From Raillietiella orientalis (taxonomy: Eukaryota), in the NCBI GenBank assembly GCA_036172245.1, contig JAYWIR010000013.1:1054001-1118000 (forward strand): DNA of 64,000 bases, written 5' to 3'. Positions 39,170 to 49,539 of the stretch are shown here, piece by piece. Made by a program: the position numbers and the translations under genes. The notes under the pieces were generated by a model, which was given only the letters and a program-made list of their open reading frames with translations, made no database searches and was not told the origin of the DNA. Positions within the stretch are counted from its first letter, which is position 1, and each line of letters opens with the position of its first letter.

Positions 39170-40900
39170 GAAGGGTGCGCATGCTTTCATTCAGGTAAGG
39201 TACCATCAGACTGGAAATGATTTGCAGATTCGATAGGATGTTGTAGAAATATCCTGTTCCACAAAATGAAGTCTACTGAGCCAGGTCATGAATCTTGGTA
39301 CATGGGAAAGGAAGTACCAGACAAGTTCATTAAGGCATTTCAGACTGTTCTGAAAACAGTCTGAAATACCTTCACTCTGCTTTCCGAACAGAAAATGCGA
39401 TTCTTGAAATGCTTTTCTGGGAGCTTAAAAAAGCACACGCGCACACAAAGAGAGACGAAGTTCCAAATTTCTTATGTTTGCAAGGTTTTATTTGGCCCAC
39501 AGTTTGGGCCAAAAGATATTTTGAATCCACAAGTTAATTATCCATTCAATCGTATTTATCCTGCTTGGCTTATTTAAAGTAGCAGAAGAACCCCTGACAA
39601 TGAAGCCTGCTATAAACAAGAAAAGTTCCAGGGTGCTCGCCAGTGCCATGATACGTGGTACATTTTTCTAGAATGGTCATTCAAAATGGAGATTTTGTAT
39701 ACCTTAACACAGGATTTGAATCGAACTTGTTAATAAAATCCAAAAGCTCTGGTATAAGGACGATAATCATTATTGTCAGTTTGCAAAAAAGGAAAAGTGA
39801 TACTTTTCCATTTCTGAGGAGCCCCTTCCTAGCTACGGAAAAGATTTCTTTATGTCCAGCACTTTTAGTCTTGCCCTTTTAGAGTGACGATGGGTGAACC
39901 TAATGAAAATCACAATTAATAGCAATAAGGCGAATATATCAGTGTGTGGACAAGTTCAAATCTTCCTTTCTTTACGAGTCACAGTACCTTCCTTTCCCTC
40001 CCCCAACATTTCGATTTCATACGTGCCTGTAGTTCTATTCTAAACATGGGGATGCTTTTATGCATACCCCTATCCATCTGGATAAAAACACTGGTACTGA
40101 AAAGAGTGGGGGCTGCATTGCCAAGTTTTTCTCTCACTGACCACCACTCTTGTAAACTATCAAGCGTATTACTAGAGTTTATCCAAGAATTGTTAAGAGA
40201 TGAATTTTGAGTATACAATTTTGAAGTCGCGTTCTTCCTTTCCTTCATGACTGGATAGTACTTGGTTAATGAATGGATTGGTAGCTCTTTCCCGGTCAGA
40301 TTCGGATCGTGAGAACTGTATTTAAGCGATATCCATAGCCGCCGAGTCCTTTCTGGGGCTCGCAGTAGCTGGAATGGACGCCAGCAAGAGATCTCCTTCC
40401 AGCTCCTTCACGCTGCATCAAGTCGCCAGAACATGAGCTGGAGACTGGCTTGGCCAGAACGGAACTTGGAGATCTTAGAAGGTGGATCTTCTATTGGGAA
40501 CTGACAGTTGGTTGCACACACCCTTGTCTCCGAAAATGTTCTGATGTTGTCTGGAGTGTCTTGAATTCCGGAGAACTTGGAGGTTGCCAGGGAATGATGA
40601 GTTGCAAGCTTGGAATCTTCAGTGAGAAGCTTCGCGAGATATTACATTTAATACACATCTGTTTTGATCCCATGTTTTGAATGGTTTGGTTTGAACTAGA
40701 GTCTCATTTGACAAATATTTGAGTGCAATCTCCATTTGCGCCAGAAATTGAGGTGATATCTTTTGTTTTCTTTCATCGGATATTGATGTGTGTAATTATT
40801 TTTTCCATATGCGATCCTATGTTTGATATTTCCGCTTAATAGCTTAAAATCTTCAACATTCCCATCCAACTTGCGTCGTTCCATGGAGACAAAAATGGAT
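39170..40900 (-). mobile_element. Gypsy pol remnant (RT thumb, RNase H, integrase), heavily decayed
   Basis: Minus strand in Gypsy order: EKIITHINIR*KKTKDITSISG (~40808-40740; EKI..I...P..KDVRSFLG), SLKYSSHDPNLTGKEL (~40330-40282; RNase H NY...KEL) and QHPIESANHFQSDG (~39243-39202; integrase YHPQSNG). Confidence 0.6.
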
Positions 40901-41977
40901 TCATACACCTCTCACATCCCTCACCATTTAATGGATGTTCATTGAAAAAAAAAGAAACAAAAACACGTTACATTTACTCGGTGAACTCTTTTGTTCCAAA
41001 AGAAAAGTGGAGAAAATGTGCAAATTTACTGTACAATTATTTTGAAATCAGTTTTGATGTCACCGTTGCTGCTAAATGAAATGGTTGAACGCTCCATAAT
41101 ACCAAGTAGTTAATTAATTAATTAATCCGTTGATGAACAGGAAAGAAAACGTGCTTCAGCGCATGTATTTTTGTTGCGCTTTGTCTGTGGAAGTCTGGGT
41201 GTGCAGTTGTTGCCAGTATCATAATTTGCGGATTCAGGGTAGCAAAAGGGTCCAGCACAGATATCTAATCAGATTTCATTATTTTAGTTACATTCCATTT
41301 TCCATTTGCGTAACACGTTCCGCCTGTCTATGAGGAAAAGTCTTTGAAATATCAGACGATCCAAGAATCATGTGTTGCTAACACCCTCATATAGCTTATA
41401 AAGTCCAATTGAGAACAGAAATTTCTTAAGCAGTATATTTAAGTATCGTGCACTTATCATATGTGGCATTGACCATATTACCCTTAAAAAAATTATTCTT
41501 GTCACAAGTCTCACTGAGCAATGAAATTATGCAAACACATGTTCCCGTTAGCTGTGCATTGTTTTTTTGTAATTTAGCCATTTGTAGAATCATATTTATG
41601 TATATGTATGTATGTATAGTATGGACTTGTAGAATCATTCATGTTTGGAATATTTTTCGTATCTCAATGGGTTCTAATTTCAAAACTTTATATATCTGTG
41701 TATCTATGTAAGGATGTATTTCTACGCTTGTTTGTATTTATGGGTTGTAATCTAGCAATAATGTGCAGCATTAATTCTGGAACAAAAATAATAAGCTGAA
41801 ACAGCTGAATAACGAGTATTTTCCCGTTTTTAAATGGCATTGCAGTAAATCTGTAATTATTTGTTGGTTACCCACTATATAGCAAAACTGAGAAAAAGGC
41901 GGAAGTTTTGCGTTGACCTTCACTAGGTCTGTGCCTGTTGTTTGTAGATAAAGAGTATTTGGGGCTATATTTTTGAG

Positions 41978-43482
41978 ATGAATTCTGTAATTAATTTATC
42001 AGTTAAATACGTATCCAACTGCTTAGCACCAGCGTTGTTGAAATGCTTCTCGAGGCAGTTGACAATCAAAACCAAAACACTGAAGCTACAGCAATATGGG
42101 GAGCCTTTCGATGTTATTTTAGAAGAAAATGAAATTGATGACCATGTTAATGATGACGAAGTAAGTGAAATACAACATTCGTTGATGCTTTACATAATCC
42201 AACCAAGCAAAGGCTTTTATTTACAATTGTCTTCAGGGTTTTCTAGAGCTTCTTAATAGGGTCTTCTAGAGCCCTTGAATATGAAGGTTTTTGTAATTAT
42301 TGCCTTATAATAGCAGTGCATAAATTCTTGATTATAATTTTCGGATGCTTGCGCCTATTTAATGTGGACGTAGCTGTGTATTTGGAAGTGGATCTTAGAT
42401 TTGATTTCTCACCTCATGTCGACTACATAAACAACTTTTAGGTTTTAATGAAATTCCTAGCTTCCCCTATCAACCCTGCAGACATCAATATGTTACAAGG
42501 GAGATATGGTATCAGACCCCCTTTGCCATGTGTGCCAGGTTTTGAAGGCTGTGGGAGAATAGAAAAAATTGGAAGATCTGTTAAGAATTTAAAAGTTGGT
42601 GATTTAGTGCTTCCTACAATGTTCGTAGGATCTTGGCAATCCCATGCAAAGCACAAAGAACAAGAATTGATTCAGGTAATATTTAGCTGACATAAATCAG
42701 CAAAATTTAAAACCATGTGTTGTCTCAGATTCGTGGTGACATTGCCTTAGCTAGTGCTGCTACACTCTCCATAAACCCATGTACTGCTTACAGAATGCTG
42801 AGAGATTTTGTTCAGCTTCATCCTGGAGATGTAGTAATTCAAAATGCAGCAAACAGTGGTGTTGGAATTGCTGTAATACAACTAGCTAAGCAGATGGGAG
42901 TTCAGACAGTTAACATAGTTCGTTCTCGTCCCAATGTTGAAAGCCTTAAGGCATATCTTCAAAGTATCGGAGCTACTGAGGTATTAACTGAAGAAGAGCT
43001 GAAGTGAGTTAACCACATTCACTTCTTATGTTGCCCCTCATCATAGAACTACTACAGTGTTTGATAAGTTGGGTCAACCTAAGCTTGGTTTAAACTGTGT
43101 AGGTGGGAAATCTGCAATGGAACTGTTCAAACATCTTCAGATTGGAGGTAATGTTAAGAGAATTGTTTTCTTTAATTCCTGTTTTGCAGCTGTTGCTGTG
43201 ACATTCGGAGGTATGTCTCAGCAGCCCATACCTCTGACTCCAGGGATTCTCATTTTCCACCAAATTACCCTGAAAGGTTTCTGGATGAGTAATTGGGTGA
43301 AGCATTGCAATTTGGATGCAAGAAGGTGCATGTTAGACGATCTTTGTCAGTTGATTCAAAAAGGAGATCTAAAGCCTGCGCCACATGAATTTGTGCCAAT
43401 TACACATTATAAAGAAGCATTACAAAAGTCTGCATTTTCATCTGGATATTCTCACCCAAAACAGATTTTCACATTTGATTAA
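41978..43482 (+). CDS. MECR: Mitochondrial trans-2-enoyl-CoA/[acyl-carrier-protein] reductase (MECR/ETR1-like, MDR superfamily), 5 exons, 361 aa
   Basis: Exons 41978-42160, 42442-42675, 42729-43003, 43047-43147 and 43190-43482 (1086 nt including stop), joined by GT-AG introns of 281, 53, 43 and 42 nt with consistent phase. Diagnostic motifs: [18 protein letters not shown] (catalytic Tyr), [36 protein letters not shown] (NADPH binding), [14 protein letters not shown] and GFWM. The N-terminus is basic and lacks acidic residues, consistent with a mitochondrial presequence. Confidence 0.95.
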
Positions 43483-44049
43483 AATTGCATTGCTGAACGG
43501 AAAAACAAATAGCAAATCCTAGTCTTGTGAATTTGAATAGATGTAAGAGTGCCACCTTGAAGGAGGAACACTCTTTTTGGGGGTATATATTCTACATGCT
43601 CGGGATGTCTGTTCTGAGGAATACAAAGTATATGAAGCCTTGTGAATGCAGCTGTGAGGGGGTGCTGAGCCCTTTGTTCCTTTGAGTTAATATTAAAAAA
43701 AAAAAACATGGACAGGAGCAGTCCCATTTTTTCTGTTCTGTGGATATCCACACTACTGGTCACAGAATGAATGTGCCACTGTCCAAGGACAAAGGAATTG
43801 AGTATAAATGAATTGTTCCATGTCCATGCAGGAACATGCCCATATGTGTACTTCACACAGAACAGAATTTGAAATGCAAAGGGTACAGAGATTTTTTCAA
43901 GCCTGCTGTTCCTTAGCTCAAGATTCATATTTCAAGAAAAGCAGAAGAAGAAAAACTGCGAACATGGTGATGGAAGTTATACGAAGCCATGAAGATGGTT
44001 AACGACACTTGCAAGCGACTTCATACATGAGCGCTCTTGTTGATGCTTC

Positions 44050-45680
44050 TGTTTGTTACGTGTAATTCTCATTTTGGTCGCCTTGAATCTTCTGTCAGTC
44101 AACATTTTGGACAAATGGGGATGCCAAGTAATTTTTGAAATGCAACAAAACTTCTCCCTTCCCATGATGTAGTGATACACAACTAATGTGATTGATAGTC
44201 AAGAAGCCACATTTCGAATTCAAGATGACGAAGCAAGAGAAGACCACTGAACCCTCAACTGTTCCCGCGCCGTCAGATTCCGAGAGCAAAAGACGAATGC
44301 ATCATCCGTTTGATTTTATTTTTCATACTTCCTTTTGGTTTTGGATGGTTATTTGTGAAACACTCACAGTGCGTGCCCCATTCCAAGAAACCATCATATC
44401 GTGCTCTCACGAAGAAATCAAGCAAACTTAAAGAAAAGAGAAATGGGTGTGTTGATCTGGAAGTCACCAGAAGCTAGAAAAATGCAAGTTGTGGAGGAAA
44501 TCCGAGAACGAATGTAGCTGAATAAGGACCACGAGTATTTCGTGGATCCGGTGCTCATTCGGTGAAGTTGAAAGTTTTCTTGAGCCAAAGGGCTATGAAA
44601 CGAAAAATGTGACTGCATGACTCGCTAGAGGTAGTGGTTTCTGACCTCTCCCCATGGATGTAAGAGATTGGCATCCAATGTGTTCTCATGATGCGTTGGG
44701 AGCGTGGGTGCACTCGTGACAATTGTGCGTTAGCGATATTCTTGAGTTCTTGCATGTTGAAGTGTGAAATTCTTGCATGACTGCCTCGCATCAGCAAAGG
44801 CGATGCCTTTTGTGGCAGGGTGGTCGTAAAGTTGTCAAAATCCTGAGTAGAACGTACTGCGTAAAAACATTTGCAGAAAGGAACCACCTTGCCCAGTTGA
44901 TCTGAAGAAATTGTAAGAACTAAGTGCAGCAATGATAGCGGTTGCCATGTGTTGAGCTGTATCAAATATGAGCACACTTGGAAAAACACAAACGAATGGA
45001 TAATAAATAATAGAAGCATTTAGGGAAAAGCTCCTTCAGAGAGTGGATCCTTTATTTGCTTTTCGTTTATCTTCCATAGTGCGAAAGATGGATCTCGTAT
45101 GCCCTCTCTCGCCTTTCTTTCTCTGGTCACCCGCTTCAACGTACCATCCTCACGTTTTCAAGCTGTTGGGTCACCATGTTTTACTCTTTCACATCTTGCC
45201 AAAGCAATGTCTTCTCGACAAACATCCTGGGATTCAAGGAAGGAGCTTTCTTTCTTTATGGTTGGTGAATCGAATTTGTTTCCAAACAGATCTTTTGCTT
45301 GACCTTCAAAGATTTGATCTTTGCGTGCGCAATGCAAACACGGTCGGGACTAACTGGAGGGCGGATCACGTGCAATGGAGGATTGCAAATAAAGACAGGG
45401 CTAACCAATTCCCTAGAATCACAAAAATTCCAGTGAACGGAGAGGGGGGAGGGAGGAAAAGCGTGAACGAGCAAAATTCTTCATCTTCACCAAATGAATG
45501 AATCCAACAAATGTGCGGGTGGCTTGCTGTCAACAGACCGTTTTAAGTAGGAGGTGCGTGCGAGGAGAACACACCAATCCAGAATTTGGTAGATCGTTAT
45601 CTGAAAATTTATACATCCACAAGCATTTTGAAATAAATAGTGACGCCACATTAATTTTCTGGTGAATAATTTCAAACCTA
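44050..45680 (-). mobile_element. BEL/Pao LTR retrotransposon pol remnant (RT end, RNase H/peptidase A17 region, integrase)
   Basis: Minus strand in order: ITIYQILDW (IYDPLG-like), WNFCDS...CIAHAKIKSLKVK (HxFxDAS...AKxKVAP), TLPQK..LLMRGSHARISH (integrase HH), FNFTE..GP (FxxTGxDxxGP) and RHLEFE (RAxHLE). Confidence 0.6.
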
Positions 45681-46166
45681 CTTGAGTAATAGAGAGTCCT
45701 GAAGGTCACTACCAACTTGTATCCTAAGACTGTATCAGATCCGCGGCACTTCTAAAACTGATTCTGCAAGTTCCCTGCTTTACCTCATCGTCCTTCAGAC
45801 TCGCATTTTTTGGTATTCAAGCTGTGCAGGTGCGACAGGTGTTCCTTCCACAATCCCTACTGAGTCCTGGAACGACAAACTTCCCCGTCCGGCTTTTCAA
45901 GGGCTAGTTTGAGGTGTGACTAACCTCAAAGCGTTTTTCTTACAACTTTCTGGAAAACATCCGTACCTCATCTACACGGACCAGTCAAAAAGTCCGCCCA
46001 ATCTTTATCCACCTGCGTGTTGGATACAAATTTAAGTCTTCGGTCTCAGCTTTCGCACGGGAATTTCCTAAATTGGGATAGTTCTTCTAAGAAAACCATC
46101 CTGACGGTCGGATTGGTGTATATATGAAAAAAAAAAAAAAAAAAGAACACCAACGTGGGCAAGCAC

Positions 46167-46755
46167 GGCCCGCATTGGTGGCCGCGTGGCTGCGGTATCG
46201 GCGTGTAGTGGCACCGAGCGTCGCGGGTTCGAATCCCACCCGGGGAAGCATCGACGCCGAGAATGTCCTGTAGTACGGGTACTTCTTCGGGTGAGAACTC
46301 TTCCATCTCGTACCATGGAGCTGGTGGATCGAGACCTCTCCAGAGTGCACAAAACGTGCTGCTCCCTTCGGATAGCAGAGTTCAGAGAAATCGAGAAGCA
46401 TCCCTTCGGCCTTCTCTTCAGAGAAGGGAGCAACAGGGAGTGGTTACCTTCGGAGAGGAAATCAGGAGTAGTCTCCCTTCCTGCAGGTCTCTCTGGAGAG
46501 AAAGAAGAAGTGATTCCCTTCGAGGTTCCCTTCCTGGATTCATGGGGTGGTCCCTCCGGGATCACCCCCTAATTGGAAGAGTGGCACGAACCCCCGGGAA
46601 GAGTGGAGCTTCGTGAGCTCCTCTAAAGAGGCGAACGGTTCTTTAGCAATCCTCGGGAACCAAAAGAAGAAAACCCAAAAGAAAAAAGAATCTGGAAAGA
46701 AAAAAGCGAAAACACAGGAACCCGAAGGGATTTCCATCATCCTAGGCCGATACCC
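46167..46755 (+). mobile_element. tRNA-headed LINE family, copy E (leader only, internally shortened)
   Basis: Head ggcccgcattggtggccgcgtggc...gtggcaccgagcgtcgcgggttcgaatccc (A-box-like tggccgcgtgg; B box 46226-46236). Body motif ttctcttcagag; A-rich distal part ending gggatttccatc. Confidence 0.8.
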
Positions 46756-46759
46756 TCCT

Positions 46760-47680
46760 TGCCCCAGTGCTTCCCACCCTAAGGAACGCAAAGGATAGCG
46801 TGATCCCGGTAAGATGGGAAGTGACGCGCTGCATAGCAGCAAAGGCGAAACTTGTGGGAGCGCCGACAACTCGGGAGGTGACGGACGCTGCGACCCCGAG
46901 TGTTCCACCCCAAGGACTCCCACGCTGGGAAGAGCTGCTCGGCATCCCTCCGGAGGAGTTGAAGTGACCCCTCCGCAGCGTGCTGGAGCAGTGGCGCCTC
47001 CCCTCCTCAAGCGGTAGGAGTCAGCTTTGCTGGTGGTGCACGGAGGGAAAGAATCCCGTGCAAAGAGCGCGTTCACCACTGGACACGGAAGGGCGCGGAC
47101 GCTCAGCGCGACAGGTGCGGAAGAAGGAGACCCTCTCGCACTTGCTGTTGGACTGTCCGACTCCTCTGGGATCTCCTGGCGACGATCTTAGGAACTCCGG
47201 TGGGCGGCCCCCCATTGATGTTTTGAAACGCCTCTTCGTGAGCGGCTCCGCTCTGTTGCCAGTCTCATCCCTCGCAGTTCTCTGCTGTCCGTTCGCGGGA
47301 CGGTGGTGGCCTGGAACGCGGGGAGAAGTGGTCGAAATGTCCGGGACGCCGTCCACTGGGCGCGGAAGACCTTTCCTGAAGACCACTTCCAGATGGCCCC
47401 GCCTGGGCGCTATACGGACGGAACTTGCCGGCATCCTGAGCAGGATGCTGAGGAAGCCTACTGTGTGACCCCTTCCTCGGTCCCCCCCTCCCCTCCTCGT
47501 GTAACATTTCCCTCCCCTGTTTTGTTTGTTTTTTTTTGTTTTCGTTTTCGCTCTCCCACTCTGCCAAAGCGGAACCTCGCCGGCCTGCGCACCGCTCTTC
47601 AGCAGGTTCATTGCATGTGGTAGAACCAAGGGTTCTACCACACAAATGCACTTTTATTACGTTATGTAATAATTCATCGG
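46760..47680 (+). mobile_element. L1/Tx1-like LINE 3' portion: ORF2 C-terminus with zinc motif and 3' UTR
   Basis: IPCKERVHHW...RDRCG/KKETLSHLLLDCP is homologous to IPCKEHLHHW...CDRCGKKETLLHLLLVC at ~36880-36990. T-rich 3' UTR with a perfect 12-bp stem-loop at 47616-47642. Confidence 0.8.
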
Positions 47681-47814
47681 AATGACTGGGTAATAATCAT
47701 CCTGGATTAATAATAGCGATTTCTCCGTGAGGGGACTACTGGCCTGTGATAATAAAAAAGGGGCAAGGAAGAAAGAAAAGGACCAGAACCTAAAGCCAAT
47801 GCTACTGCTCATTC

Positions 47815-47879
47815 TTTTGTAGTTGAGTTTCTATTGCTATCAGCTGCTTATGTAGCTGCTAGCAATAGAAACTACAAAA
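47815..47879. other. ~65-nt imperfect hairpin
   Basis: gtttctattgcta pairs with tagcaatagaaac (13 bp). Inner cagct/agctg; outer ttttgta/tacaaaa with a bulge. Confidence 0.6.
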
Positions 47880-48019
47880 TCTGTAAATCTTTTCTGCTTT
47901 CCTTGAATTTTTTTCATCATAATTCTTGAAGTTCCGGGTAGTCTTGAAGGAGCAAGGATTGGAAAATCTAAAAAAAGAGAGATTTTATAGCAGTAAAAAA
48001 AAGAGCAGAGAGCAGCAAT

Positions 48020-48620
48020 GCTGTCAGGGGGCGCTCATTTCTTCCGGACCCTTTCCCACTTCTTCCGGGAAGACCGCTCCTGTTGCGGGATGGGACTTAT
48101 CAGCCCTGAGGCGACAGCGAGCGGGTCCGCGTGCTCGCAGCCTCCTGCAGGTCGCGGGGCGGGGAAGGAGACATCCGCTGACGTTCTCCACTCAGGGCAG
48201 AGGTCGGCCTCTTCGGCGCAAACCCAAGCACCTTCAGGCGGTCCCCGCTGCGAGAAGCCAACGGCTCTGTTGTCTCAACCGACCGTGCGCCTCAGGAATG
48301 TCGCTCATCTTGATGTTCTGGAGCTGTCCCGCCCCCTTAGGGGCACCCTCTATTTTCCCTCTCAGAGAGGAACCTTGAAGGACCCCGAAGATCAACCTTT
48401 CCATACCATCCAGTCAAGGGGGGCTTCGACCAGTGGCAGCAACCGAATAGGCCGACCAGCGTCGTCTTGTGGGGGTGGGGGGGATCAAAACTCACGATGA
48501 CGTCCTCCCCCCTTCCCCGTTTTCGTTGTCGTCGATCCTCTCCCGGGAAGAATTCGAGCCCGCGACTCCGGGCACCGCGCGCGAGGACCGCAGCCGTCCT
48601 CCGGCCGCCAACGCGCAGGC
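48020..48620 (-). mobile_element. tRNA-headed LINE family, copy F (partial, degenerate)
   Basis: Minus-strand head gcgcgttggcggccggaggacggctgcggtcctcgcgcgcggtgcccggagtcgcgggctcgaattcttcccgggagaggatcgac matches the other heads. Short body remnant at ~48330-48390. Downstream ENVSG may be the WNVxG endonuclease start. Confidence 0.55.
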
Positions 48621-49539
48621 ACCAACGTCGCATCCGGTTCTCGGCTATCGACGCCATCGTCCTGAGCTGGAGCTCCGTCTTCATCGACGTCGGGATGCCG
48701 CTGCTCCCCTCCGCGGCGCCGCAGCGGGGCCTCCGGGGCAAACCTCCGGCCCCTTGCGGGGTCGCACGGCTCTTCACGAGACCGACCGTCCCTCGCCGTC
48801 CTCCGTAGGGCGGGAGAAAAGCAGGAAGGAAGGGAAGGGATGGCGCAGGAGGGGATTGAGCGGGATGGGAATGGAGACATTCCGTGAGGGGGGAGCCTCC
48901 ACGTTGGAGCGGCGCCAGCGCCGTTTCTGCCTTCTGGAGGCAGCCGGGCCACGCCGCCGCTCGATCGCGAAGTCTCCCTAGGGCACGGCGAGGTGTTTCG
49001 TGACGCCGCCCGCGGGCATCCCCGAGAAGACCCGGCCCGGCCCCCTGCCGGGGGACGGCGTCTGTGCATAGTGGACGGCGTCTCCCCGAGCGGCGACGGG
49101 CGCGCGGGGCGACGGAAGCTCTGCCCCCGCCCCCACATCCGGGGGATTGCCCTCGGCACGACGGTTTCGTGATGGCTCTTCAAGCCGGGAGGACCCTCGA
49201 CCTCCGGGTCACCGACGACGACGCGCGGCGGAAAACAACGGGGCTGCACCTGAGGTCATCCGAAGTCAAGGATAACGCCGCCCGGCTGGAGGGGAGGCTG
49301 CTCGGAGGACGCAGGACGGGAACACGGAGACCCTCCCTCCCTTCCTCGTTCTCCCACCTCGCACCGCCTGGAGGCCACGCCCGACGCTTCCCCACGTTGC
49401 GTGTCATCCATTTCACCTTTGTCCCTTCCCCTCCTTCTTGACCCCTGGGTGCAGAGAGCGCCTTTTCTCTTTGCCGTCGCCGACCCGCGTGCCGGCGTTC
49501 CCCGGTTCGTGCCTTTAGGGCACGTGAGAATATGTGTTT

